Of a DNA stretch of 64,000 nucleotides, positions 29,401-38,712 are shown in pieces; position 1 is the first letter of the stretch; each line of letters starts with the position of its first letter. Both the position numbers and the translations under genes were made by a program. Under the pieces are notes generated by a model, which saw only the letters and a list, made by a program, of their open reading frames with translations, was not told the origin of the DNA and made no database searches. The stretch comes from Leptolyngbyaceae cyanobacterium (GTDB lineage Bacteria > Cyanobacteriota > Cyanobacteriia > Phormidesmidales > Phormidesmidaceae): assembly GCA_965263355.1 (NCBI GenBank), contig CBDHHL010000032.1:1824001-1888000 (forward strand). Reading direction: 5' to 3'.

Positions 29401-31676
29401 TTGAAACTTATCAAACAGCACTAGAACTGGCTCAAGAGATGCAGAACGCAGAAGGGCAGGTGGTTAGCCTTGATAACTTGGGTTCGCTTTATCTTGTTCT
29501 CGGACAGACAGACCAAGCTCTTGCCTATCGCCAACAGGTGCTGAATTTGGTGAGAACTAACGGTTCGCGAGGATATGAAAGTGAATTTTTGACTACCGCT
29601 GGTAAGGTGCACCATTATGCAGGGCGTCTGAAGCAGGCATTAGATTATTATCAGCAGGGGCTAACTCTGGCCCGAGAGCTGCAATTTCCCAAATCTGAAC
29701 TCTATGCCTTGAGTGAGCTAGGACGATTATATGCGGATCAGCAAGACTTTGCTAACGCAGAACGTACTTTGAAGGAAGCGTTGGGAATCGCAGATGTCAT
29801 CGGTAGCCCATTCCTAAAGACCAGTGTGCTCAGAAATCTTGGCAAAGCTCAAGTTGGCCGTGGTGACTATGAACAGGCACAAGCTACACTAGAAACTGGT
29901 TTAGTCCTAGCCCGTAAGGTCAAAGACAAATCGAGAGAAGCTAGGCTCCTGGCTGAGTTGGGATCCCTTTATAATGCTCAAGAGCAGCCTGAAACAGCTA
30001 CTATTTTCCTCAAACAGGCCGTGAATCTCTGGGAAGAAATTCGGGCAGGCTTACAGGTGCTGCCCAAAGACGATCAAGAATCCTTTACCGAAACCGTTGC
30101 CGATACCTATCGTCAGCTCGCCGATATCCTCCTTACCCAAGGCCGCATACTCGAAGCACAACGAGTCATAGAGTTGCTGAAAATAGAAGAACTGCGTGAG
30201 TTTACCTCCCAAACCCGTGCTGCATGGACAAGCAATGGGATTGTCCTCACCCCTGTAGAACAGAGAATTCAAGCAGCCCATGGTAGTTTAATTGCTGTCG
30301 GTCACGCACTACGAAAATGCAAGATTGAAGACTGTAGTGACGAAGAAGAACGTGAACTCGACTTACAGCGTGTTGAGCTAATTAAGGAATATAATCGGCA
30401 GACTCAAGCAGCTGTAGACATCTATAAGAGATGTTCAACTTCTGTTGATGATCATACCAGTTTATGCGTTGAGCCTATCGACCTCGGCAATCAAGCCACT
30501 AAGCTACTTGAGACCCATGAAAATGCTGTTCTTGTTTATCCATTAATCGTCAAAGATAAACTCTGGTTACTGTGGGCTGGTGAAAGCGGTACTGCCGGTA
30601 GGATAGAAGTCAATACCGTGACCCCAGAACACCTAGCTGAAACAGTAAAAGACTTGCGTATCAATATTGAACGTGGCAGACAGGGCTATGTTGATCACAA
30701 CTCCCTGCAAACCATGCAAGAACAGTCAGAAGAACTTTACGACTGGCTGATCCGTCCCCTAGAAGAAGAACTCACCAAAAATAATATCAAACATCTTATT
30801 TTTGCCCATGATCGCTACACACGCTATATTCCCATGGCAGCCCTTCACGACGGCAACAATTATCTAATTGAAAACTATGCAGTCTCCACTGTCTTATCCG
30901 CAAGCTTAACCCAAATAGACGACGCACTTCCCCCTGCTGATCAAGCATCGGTACTCGGTGTAGGCTTATCCGAACCAGTAGCCGCGTCTGAAACAATCCC
31001 TCAACCGTTCAGTGCATTAGAAAATGTCCCTTTAGAATTAGATGGCATTATCAAAGAAGAGACTAACGACGATAGTGGATTTTATCCAGGACAAATCTTC
31101 CTAAACGACACATTCAACGAAAAATTATTGTCAACCAAGGTAGATGAGCATCAGGTTCTACATATTGCCACCCATGGCAAATTTGAATTTGGTCAGCCTG
31201 ATAAATCCTTTATTCTTCTAGGTAACGGTGATCCGCTGTACATTCCTAAAATTGACACGCTGCTACCAGACCAGCTCAAAGATGTACATCTTGTTGTTTT
31301 ATCAGCCTGTGAAACAGCGTATGGTGAGGAGGGAAGTGATGGTACGGAAATTGCTGGGATCAGTTCTTACTTCCTAAAAGATAATCGTGCAGATGCGGTT
31401 ATGGCTTCCCTATGGGTTGTGGATGACGCTAGTACTAGCCTACTGATGCAGCGTTTTTACGAATTTCTTGCCACTGGTGACCTAACTAAAGCCGAAGCCC
31501 TCCAGCAAGCACAGCTTAGCCTACTTTATAACCAAGATGTCGCAACCCGACTCGACGCCGTACAACGTGCCTCCATCGAAGTTACCACCCATGAAGGACT
31601 ACCCGTAATCGCAAACACCTCCACCGCCCATCCCTATCATTGGGCTCCATTTATCCTCATTGGTAACGCCCTATGA
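26442..31676 (+). CDS. Large secreted TPR-repeat + CHAT (caspase-like) domain protein, 1744 aa
   Basis: Signal-like N-terminus; many TPRs; CHAT dyad HIATHG and LSACET; HPYHWAPFILIGN end. Confidence 0.92.
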   Translation: MRYHLVALSLASGIGFVGFDALLAHGEPLLASLIQANADLSEDDIESDGTDDDISRLQALGEAQVQQAQLLEAITTYKQVLTAYRQVGNRNGVAATLIRLADTYNLLFQYDDTLAAVNEALVIYQTLGDATGEATALDRLGMVQVNLGHPHQGLATLQQALELRRSLANVLGEAETLMYLGIALVGQGDTGVARENLQVALERHEETENDYYTALTLVYLGLTTLQVDVEQGLKLMEQGVTVAEKIDHRPTVAIAQSILGHVYQAQGQLAQATESFSAALVIAETAGNQSFLKNTQGQLAALLMTLGNQYSEQDQPQQAIDVYQQALSVIKQLGDALEPSVLGNVYRSLGHSYHQLGKRLYTEEKFEKALENYQQALTTAQQSVEIFRQNELSQEEGSSLIDIWLVYNSLIDTYDSLENYEMALIFVQERLEIAQQGAFLKTESGELLQARSQSLAANFYDYYGARLLGSTPDELRAVTLDELRAAIAVVKQGLRYAQTALDLVQANPTISEEMTSALRSLWQLSSSLQAKYARAAQITKENNPDAAIQDYQQALYWSQQAIDLETIVVSKIDSSNHPISEESRQSIRQGLLTSYMGLAGIYESQKAYKQALTNYNNARVLAEEVGDLERLKITLGAIWSFYSRKADDYREQQLYDEAIAAYRAGIQVAQERNNPREEQVMLASIANLHRRIGEYNKALSVTQEMLHLAQVNERPRDEFTVWNYIGHIHLDLGNYSEALNAYQRGLSINQKLNNQLNESASLLNLVNVYTALGDYQKALDAAQQSILLAMSAEYISEQFDLEFEYLPDYCLFDNLADYQQESCSQLEQNQTERSRTSYEEIKKVFASSAFNNLAAVYQNMGRYPEALENVLQALDLVKDITLRDKHSNLILMSSIHSDLGQPEQASAALQQAQKIIESSDERVAKINVLNNRALQILENENDAEQALTMLNQAFSLSQELGTRPQDIFILNNKGLFYTAQGDYPQAIETYQTALELAQEMQNAEGQVVSLDNLGSLYLVLGQTDQALAYRQQVLNLVRTNGSRGYESEFLTTAGKVHHYAGRLKQALDYYQQGLTLARELQFPKSELYALSELGRLYADQQDFANAERTLKEALGIADVIGSPFLKTSVLRNLGKAQVGRGDYEQAQATLETGLVLARKVKDKSREARLLAELGSLYNAQEQPETATIFLKQAVNLWEEIRAGLQVLPKDDQESFTETVADTYRQLADILLTQGRILEAQRVIELLKIEELREFTSQTRAAWTSNGIVLTPVEQRIQAAHGSLIAVGHALRKCKIEDCSDEEERELDLQRVELIKEYNRQTQAAVDIYKRCSTSVDDHTSLCVEPIDLGNQATKLLETHENAVLVYPLIVKDKLWLLWAGESGTAGRIEVNTVTPEHLAETVKDLRINIERGRQGYVDHNSLQTMQEQSEELYDWLIRPLEEELTKNNIKHLIFAHDRYTRYIPMAALHDGNNYLIENYAVSTVLSASLTQIDDALPPADQASVLGVGLSEPVAASETIPQPFSALENVPLELDGIIKEETNDDSGFYPGQIFLNDTFNEKLLSTKVDEHQVLHIATHGKFEFGQPDKSFILLGNGDPLYIPKIDTLLPDQLKDVHLVVLSACETAYGEEGSDGTEIAGISSYFLKDNRADAVMASLWVVDDASTSLLMQRFYEFLATGDLTKAEALQQAQLSLLYNQDVATRLDAVQRASIEVTTHEGLPVIANTSTAHPYHWAPFILIGNAL

Positions 31677-31839
31677 CATTGATGATGCAAACAATCTTCT
31701 AAACTTACGATGTTGGTAAGTTATCTGGAGCGATGCCGAGCGATCGCAATAATCCGCCAATTTATTAGCCCTACAACATTCGGCCACTAGCTCAGCCTGG
31801 GTCGTTTCGATAATTTCATCCGGTCAAACTAAAATTCAT

Positions 31840-33414
31840 CTACCTTAGTCCGTAATAATTGGGCACCCATGACCCATGTAATCCAGGGACTAACCGATGG
31901 TTTAACCATAGTCGACAAACTGGACCTGCGGCTAAATCTTTAGCATCCAGCACCACCAGCGACGAACGTTCCTGTGGATGGCTGTAAACCATGCCAATTA
32001 ACCAGCCATCATCTTCATTGTTGCCTGCAGGCACAAACACCGGTTCATCGGTAAAACTAAGACCGTCTTCCATCCAAATTTGCGACGTTTGGGTTTGCAG
32101 ATCCACCTTGAGATAACCGATGGGTGGCGAAGACTTCCCAACACAGTTGCTATAGGTCATGTAAAGATAGCGAATTGCCTGGGTTTCATAGTCAGGATTA
32201 GCACAGGGATATTCAATGCAATGGTTATTGAGAACAACCTGGTGCTCTACGGTAGCGCCCTGGGGTTGAATGGTCGTTTGCCAGAGATAGGTGGGTGCGA
32301 TCGCATCAAAATCTGGCGCATAGCCCTGCCAGCTACTCAAAAAACCCTGTTCTAACCCCGCCTCTGGCCAACCAGCACTATAAACCACCACAGAGCCATC
32401 CGGTTGATCATAGGCGCAAGCCTGGTGAATCGAAAACCAGGGGCTGGTCTCAAAGGTTTGTACCGGTTGCCCTGACATGGCACCACCGGGGCGGGGCACT
32501 AAATGTACTCGTGTTGGTTGGTCGGTTTGTAGTTGTAGGCAATCAGCCGGAGACTGGAAACCTAGGATAAACGGCCAGGGATTGAAGGTGAGGCGGTTTT
32601 CAAAAAACACATAATACGTTTGGGTCAGGGCAAAATCATGGGGATTTACCTGGGCTCCTGGCATTTGAAACTGGTAGCGGCTATATTCGTGCCATTGTCG
32701 GTCATATTCCACGATATCAATGGTTAGCCCCTTAAGCTGGGGAGCCCAATGCCATAGGATAATGCGATCGCGCACCGGATCAATATGGGGATGGGCCGTC
32801 GTTGCCCATTGCCCCCGAGCAAAGTGTTGTAGGGTTTTCCAACGGGAGCCTGACAAGGGTGGGATAACCAATTGCCCGTGGGGATTTTCCGCTCCCAGGG
32901 TATCAAGGGTATAAGGATCAACCTGATAAGGCAATCCAGCCTCATACATGGCTAGCAGTTTATCCCCCCAGGCCACAGCATTGACATTAGCGGGATTTTT
33001 GAGATAAAGCTCAAACAGATTGTCCTGAGGTTTTCGCGTGCCAAAGGTAGAACGAAACAAAAAGCGATCGGCCTTTTTTTCTTGCACAAACTCTGCCGTT
33101 TGCACAAACCTGGAGTCAAAGAACACGCGTCTATCATCGCGAAAGGCGATTCGACAGAGATAGCCATCGCCATCTAAAAAATGATTAACTCGTTGGTTGC
33201 CCCGTTCAAACCCGCTGGGGCCGTTATGAAACCAGGTAGAGTTTAAGAGCCGCTCTGGTAGTGAACCTTCAATGTCAGTAATTTCGTAGGAAAACTCCGC
33301 TGTTTGTGGGCGAAATGCACCAAACCATGCGTCTTTCTGCCCCTGTCTTAGCCTACTATCACATTTGCCCCAAACAATCTGGTCAGCATTCACAGGTCCC
33401 TGGTCTGTAATCAT
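31840..33414 (-). CDS. Carotenoid cleavage oxygenase (RPE65 family)
   Basis: NGP, HFLDGDG, KNPANVN; four His ligands (AHPH, PHDF, IHQ, GLHG); EPVFVP, EDDGWL. Confidence 0.88.
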   Translation of the reverse strand: MITDQGPVNADQIVWGKCDSRLRQGQKDAWFGAFRPQTAEFSYEITDIEGSLPERLLNSTWFHNGPSGFERGNQRVNHFLDGDGYLCRIAFRDDRRVFFDSRFVQTAEFVQEKKADRFLFRSTFGTRKPQDNLFELYLKNPANVNAVAWGDKLLAMYEAGLPYQVDPYTLDTLGAENPHGQLVIPPLSGSRWKTLQHFARGQWATTAHPHIDPVRDRIILWHWAPQLKGLTIDIVEYDRQWHEYSRYQFQMPGAQVNPHDFALTQTYYVFFENRLTFNPWPFILGFQSPADCLQLQTDQPTRVHLVPRPGGAMSGQPVQTFETSPWFSIHQACAYDQPDGSVVVYSAGWPEAGLEQGFLSSWQGYAPDFDAIAPTYLWQTTIQPQGATVEHQVVLNNHCIEYPCANPDYETQAIRYLYMTYSNCVGKSSPPIGYLKVDLQTQTSQIWMEDGLSFTDEPVFVPAGNNEDDGWLIGMVYSHPQERSSLVVLDAKDLAAGPVCRLWLNHRLVPGLHGSWVPNYYGLR

Positions 33415-33503
33415 GGTCAGGCTGGCAGAAAAGAACGGCAGAATATACCTGTACCAGAATAAAATATAGAGCTACCGTAAAGGTATCGATACCATGACCT
33501 TGT

Positions 33504-33842
33504 ATGAAATACTCTATGCTGCCATTACTCCCCAACCATCCCCTGGTGCTTAACGTGCTTAAAGTGCTTTCTTGCATATTAATTGCCGGAGCATTGGCTT
33601 TAGTGGTGGGCAAGCTGAGTGGTATTATCGCCGAGCATACCTTTTTAGAGAGAGTCTTTTGGGTTGGTACAGTAGCCTTGTTGATCCATGCTTTGGAGGG
33701 TATAGTTGCTGGCATTCTGGCTTATCGTTTAAAGGAAAATCCAGTTAAAGCAGGTGTTTATACTTTTTGGACAGGTACTGTAGGTATTACAGAAATTTTG
33801 CAGAGACTTGAAAACAGCCATCAGGTAACAACGGCTGAGTAA
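33504..33842 (+). CDS. Hypothetical membrane protein
   Basis: Hydrophobic helices; HALEG and GVYTFWTG motifs; fills the gap between flanking genes. Confidence 0.6.
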   Translation: MKYSMLPLLPNHPLVLNVLKVLSCILIAGALALVVGKLSGIIAEHTFLERVFWVGTVALLIHALEGIVAGILAYRLKENPVKAGVYTFWTGTVGITEILQRLENSHQVTTAE

Positions 33843-33844
33843 CT

Positions 33845-34750
33845 TTATTTCTTTTTCTTAGAGCGATTTTGCTTACGGGCCTGTTTTTGAGTTTGCCGCT
33901 TTTTCTTCCGTTTGGCTTCACCTTTTTTCGGATCCGTAAATCCAAAGGAAAGACCAAGTCCCGCCGGAGCCATCCGTTTCTGTTTTGGCGCATTGCCTTG
34001 AAAGCAAGCCCACCATCCCATTGACTTGATGGCGTCAGTTATAAAGCCATATCTCTGGGCAACTAGCTTCTGCCTAGAACCCTCTGTACCCAAGTCAATT
34101 GCCCTGCCTAAATCCTCCATAGTACTCCATTGAGGAAATATTCTATTTGTCTGGTAATCATAGCGTATCAGCTCTGCCAGTGACTTATGGGGACATAGGT
34201 CCAAACTGTACATGAGTAGTATGTGATAGATGAAATCATCATCATCGTCTGTTTCTTGTCGAAATTTAGGCCATATCTCCTCAAAGTAGTTTAGTACTGA
34301 TTCTCGAGAGATTTCTCCTTCCACTACCAGTACCAACAATGCTCTCATGCTTGCACTGCGAACATATTCATTGACATCTGTGTTTTCGATAGTTTGCTTG
34401 ATCAGCTCCAAATTGCCATCACAAACAGATGCCAGAATATTGCCTAAATCTTCAGTAACTACATCTCCAGTGATATTCATAATGATGTCACCGGGTACTG
34501 AAACAAAGTCAATGATGGGTTGATATGCTTGAGTTTCTCGGAACTGTGCCAGCAAGTAAAGCGTGTAAAGATGGCGAATATAGTCAGGATTTGCATCAAT
34601 TTCTGCCAGCTTCTCTGCACTGGGGGTTATCTCTGTCAGTAGCAGAGGGGTAATTTCTTCTTTTTTGGCAATGGCTTGTTTTAGGGCTTCATGGGGAAAA
34701 TTGCGATCGCAAACTTCCTTTAATGCCTCCATAATAGCCGTTACGTCCAT
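33845..34750 (-). CDS. DUF1186-family protein
   Basis: FPHEALKQAI, LYLLAQFRE, GDVVTEDL..ILASV, EYVRSA, MGWWACF; basic tail. Confidence 0.75.
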   Translation of the reverse strand: MDVTAIMEALKEVCDRNFPHEALKQAIAKKEEITPLLLTEITPSAEKLAEIDANPDYIRHLYTLYLLAQFRETQAYQPIIDFVSVPGDIIMNITGDVVTEDLGNILASVCDGNLELIKQTIENTDVNEYVRSASMRALLVLVVEGEISRESVLNYFEEIWPKFRQETDDDDDFIYHILLMYSLDLCPHKSLAELIRYDYQTNRIFPQWSTMEDLGRAIDLGTEGSRQKLVAQRYGFITDAIKSMGWWACFQGNAPKQKRMAPAGLGLSFGFTDPKKGEAKRKKKRQTQKQARKQNRSKKKK

Positions 34751-34874
34751 TGTCTTAATCTTTCAGTGTCTATAAGTTACCGGACTCCTATCCTAAAGTA
34801 TGCGCTTACTTTCAATGCAGTTTTTGTCCATTCATGAGATAAATCGCAACGATTATTCTGGTAGGAAATACTCG

Positions 34875-36128
34875 TTAAGCTAAGCCCTGTTTGTCTAGCT
34901 GCAACAGCGTATGTAACAACACATCTGCCCCCTGTCCACATTGTTCTGGTGAGGTATACTCATCTTCCGCATGGCTCACCCCTGCCTGGCTGGGTACAAA
35001 AATCATTCCCATTTGAGTAAACCGACCAATTTCCTGGGCATCATGAATAGCTCGGCTGGGCATAGAATAATGGCTTAGCTTTAGGGAGTTGCAAACAGTA
35101 GCAATAGTCTCTTGAATCTTAGGGCTGGCCATGGTGGGAGCTACCGCATGTTGTCGTTCTAACTGGATCTGATTGCCCGTAGCTGCTTCGATTTCCTGGC
35201 CCCGTTGTTGTAATACATTTACCATGGCCTCAATGGTTTCCAGGGATAAATCTCGCAGATCAATGGTGAGGTCTACTTGCCCTGGCACAATATTGGCAGC
35301 ATTAGGAGTCACATTTAGATAACCTACGGTAGCTACCTGATCCCCAGGAATATCCACCGCCGCATCATGTACCGCCGCTATTAGCAAAGAGGCTGCATAA
35401 AGGGCATCCTGACGCATATCCATAGGGGTAGTGCCCGCGTGATTAGGACGCCCAGTAATGGTCACTATGTAGCGCTGCAAGCTTACAATGCCCTGAACTA
35501 CACCAATCTGACATTCTCTCGCTTCTAGTACACCACCTTGTTCCACATGCAATTCTAAATAGGCTGCTATATCCTGAGATTTCCTTTGGGCGGTGACCAG
35601 ATTATCCCAGTCTCCACCAATCCGGTGTAAACAGGTTTGAATGGTGTTGCCATCCAGACGACGATAGAATTCTGCATCGCTGTAATGGGCAGTGCCAGCC
35701 ATGGCTTTACTGCCAATCATTTCCCCTTCTTCATCGGTGAATACAATTACTTCAATGGGATGATTAAGGCGTTGTTCAGCCCCATGGAGGGTAGCGACAA
35801 CTTCGATACCAGCAAGCACTCCCAGGGCTCCGTCATAGCGACCACCTGCAGGCACCGTATCAATGTGGGAACCTGTGGCCAGGGCTGGCAAATCTTGGGT
35901 GCCGCTGTAGCGTCCGATAATGTTGCCAGCGGCATCTATGGTGACATCCATATGGACCTCTTCCATAGCGGTAATTATCTGCTGACGAGCAGCCAGGTCT
36001 TCTGGGCTATAGGCCGTACGGCGCACGCCACCACAGGAAAGCTGGCCAATGGTAGCCAGATCGCTTAGTCGTTGTTGGAGTCGAGCGTAATTAGTCTGCA
36101 GTACGGCGGTAACCATAGGGGAGCCCAA
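34875..36128 (-). CDS. M20 Zn-dependent amidohydrolase (N-carbamoyl-amino-acid/allantoate amidohydrolase family)
   Basis: GSHIDTVP, DGALGV, DEEG, ELHVEQG, NHAGTTPM, HDAQ, SHAEDE. Confidence 0.9.
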   Translation of the reverse strand: MGSPMVTAVLQTNYARLQQRLSDLATIGQLSCGGVRRTAYSPEDLAARQQIITAMEEVHMDVTIDAAGNIIGRYSGTQDLPALATGSHIDTVPAGGRYDGALGVLAGIEVVATLHGAEQRLNHPIEVIVFTDEEGEMIGSKAMAGTAHYSDAEFYRRLDGNTIQTCLHRIGGDWDNLVTAQRKSQDIAAYLELHVEQGGVLEARECQIGVVQGIVSLQRYIVTITGRPNHAGTTPMDMRQDALYAASLLIAAVHDAAVDIPGDQVATVGYLNVTPNAANIVPGQVDLTIDLRDLSLETIEAMVNVLQQRGQEIEAATGNQIQLERQHAVAPTMASPKIQETIATVCNSLKLSHYSMPSRAIHDAQEIGRFTQMGMIFVPSQAGVSHAEDEYTSPEQCGQGADVLLHTLLQLDKQGLA

Positions 36129-36440
36129 AACTTAGGATTTTATAGTGATCGAAAAGAAATTAGAGGATTGTTATTAAAGTTACCTGAGCTGAGACATTGT
36201 AGTCTTGGCAAAGCAAGAAAAAGTTATCCAATTGTCTGTTAGGCAAAATAGCCATAGTCAAAGCTATAGTCAAACCATAAACTTAATTTTTAACAAGCCC
36301 TTAATGCAAGAGTTCTGTGAGAGTATTACAGTTCGTTACTGATTCATCATTGGAAAACCATTAAATGGTGCGTGCTGAACACTTTGTCTAAGGGGAAATG
36401 CTTAAAATTCCAACGGTGGCTTCTACCTAAGGGACCCAGC

Positions 36441-38555
36441 ATGAAACTTATCGGCGTAGATATTGGCGGCACATTCACAGATTTGATCCTGGCGGATGTG
36501 GCTCAACAACAGACCTGGATCCACAAAGTGCCGACAACGGTGGATGATCCCTCCATTGCCATGATTCAGGGAATTGAAACCCTATGTCAGATGGCCCAAG
36601 CGGACTACGGTGATATTGAACATGTGCTCCACGGTACGACCATTGCTACCAATACGTTACTCACCCATGATGGTGCCCGTACAGGTATGGTCACCACGAA
36701 GGGATATCGGGATATTGTTCATATTGGTCGCCACCAGCGCCCCCAGCATTATTCCATCATGCAGGATATTCCCTGGCAGGCGAGACCGCTGGTGAAAAGG
36801 CGCGATCGCAAAGTGGTCTCAGAACGTCTCGACCCCAAAGGCGAAACCCTCACTCCCCTGAATGAAGCCGAAGCCAAAACCGCCATCCTTGAACTCAAAG
36901 AAGCCGGAGTCGAATCCATTGCCATTTGTTTTCTCAACTCCTACTTTGATGCTCGCCACGAAGAACGCGTTGCTGCCATTGCCCAAGAACTCTATCCCGA
37001 AGCCTTCATTACTACCAGTGCCAGTATCTTTCCCCAGTTCCGAGAATTTGAACGGTTCACCACTGCCTGTATAAATGCTTTTGTTGGCCCTAAGGTGAAA
37101 CGGTATATTAACAACCTTAGCCATCGCCTCAAAGAACAATCTGTACGGGGCGAACTACACATCATGCGATCAAACGGTGGGGTAGCCACGGCAGATGTCG
37201 CCGGAGAACAACCTGTTACACTATTGCTATCAGGTTTAGCAGCTGGTGTACTGGGTGGTGCAGCCGCTGGTGCTCAGTCCAAGCGAGATCGACTGATTAC
37301 CTTTGATATGGGCGGCACCAGTACCGACATTGGCATTGTTACCGAGCAAGGCTTTGCCGAGGCCACAGCAAGAGACACCTGGATTGCTGGATATCCCGTC
37401 ATGGTACCTATGATAGATGTTCATACCATTGGTGCTGGTGGCGGTAGCATAGCCTATGTTGATGCTGGCGGAGCATTTCGTGTGGGTCCCCGCAGTGCTG
37501 GTGCTGAACCTGGTCCCATCTGCTACGACAAGAATGGCACCGAAGTAACCGTAACCGATGCCAATGTTGTTCTCAATCGGTTGGACCCAGACTATTTTCT
37601 CGGGGGTGAAATGACCATTTACCCAGAAAAAGCCTTTGCAGCCATGCAGGCTTTAGCAGATCATATGGGTTTGGACCTCCACGAAACCGCAGCCGGAATT
37701 CTCACCATTGTGAATAACAACATGGCCAATGCCATCCGCTCCCGCACCATTCAAAAAGGGCAAGACCCCCGTAAGTTTGCCCTAGTTGCCCAGGGGGGTG
37801 CTGGTCCCCTTCATGCAGCTGAAGTGGCCTTATCCCTTGGTATTCCCGAAGTGATTGTCCCACGCTATCCTGGCATCACCTCTGCCATGGGGCTGCTCAC
37901 TACTGACCTCAAACATGACCTGATTCAAAACGAATTTATCCTTAGCACCGATCCCAATCTGCCCAAACTCAACGCCGATCTACAATCCCTAGAAGCCCAG
38001 GTTAAAGAGCAACTGCGAACCGATGGCTTTAGCGAAACAGACATAGCCCTACAAAGGTTTGCCGACTGTCGCTATGTAGGCCAGGGCTACGAACTACGTG
38101 CTCAAATACCCAATGGAACCCTGGATGAAGCCGCTCTGCAATCCGTCTGGCAACAGTTCCAAGATCTCCACACCGCCGAATATGGCCATGCCTTTCCAGA
38201 AAATACGGTAGAGCTAGTTACCCTCAGAGTCACTGGCACCGGTCCCATGCCTAAACTTTCAGACTTCCCCGCACCTGCTCAGGGAGACCTACAAGATGCC
38301 TGGTTAAAAACAGCCGTTACCTACTTCCGAGTTAACGGCCAGCTAGAGAAATATTCCACCCAATTCTTTGATCGAGACCGACTGCCCATAGGTGTTCAAA
38401 TTGAAGGTCCTGCTTTAATCTTCCAAAAAGACTCCACAATTTTATTACCTCCCCACAGCCGCACCACCGTAGAACCCAATGGCAACCTAGTCATTCGCGT
38501 AACCGACGATTCCTTAATGAATAAAGCTATAGAAATGGCCACTTCTGCCATATAG
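36441..38555 (+). CDS. Hydantoinase A/oxoprolinase-family ATP-binding subunit
   Basis: GVDIGGTFTD, HGTTIATN, DMGGTSTD, IGAGGGS, GPRSAGAEPGP, RYVGQGYEL. Start MKLIG at 36441. Confidence 0.92.
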   Translation: MKLIGVDIGGTFTDLILADVAQQQTWIHKVPTTVDDPSIAMIQGIETLCQMAQADYGDIEHVLHGTTIATNTLLTHDGARTGMVTTKGYRDIVHIGRHQRPQHYSIMQDIPWQARPLVKRRDRKVVSERLDPKGETLTPLNEAEAKTAILELKEAGVESIAICFLNSYFDARHEERVAAIAQELYPEAFITTSASIFPQFREFERFTTACINAFVGPKVKRYINNLSHRLKEQSVRGELHIMRSNGGVATADVAGEQPVTLLLSGLAAGVLGGAAAGAQSKRDRLITFDMGGTSTDIGIVTEQGFAEATARDTWIAGYPVMVPMIDVHTIGAGGGSIAYVDAGGAFRVGPRSAGAEPGPICYDKNGTEVTVTDANVVLNRLDPDYFLGGEMTIYPEKAFAAMQALADHMGLDLHETAAGILTIVNNNMANAIRSRTIQKGQDPRKFALVAQGGAGPLHAAEVALSLGIPEVIVPRYPGITSAMGLLTTDLKHDLIQNEFILSTDPNLPKLNADLQSLEAQVKEQLRTDGFSETDIALQRFADCRYVGQGYELRAQIPNGTLDEAALQSVWQQFQDLHTAEYGHAFPENTVELVTLRVTGTGPMPKLSDFPAPAQGDLQDAWLKTAVTYFRVNGQLEKYSTQFFDRDRLPIGVQIEGPALIFQKDSTILLPPHSRTTVEPNGNLVIRVTDDSLMNKAIEMATSAI

Positions 38556-38712
38556 CCGATATGTAATCCCCGCCTGGGAGGGGCAACGGGTGGGTCGACC
38601 CTTGGCGCTAGTGATCGAGACTACCCCGTCTGACCAGCGCCCCTCCCAAGAGAAGATTGAGGCGTACTCCTGATTAAATTCTTTTTCTTTTAACACTGCC
38701 TGGTGACTTCCC

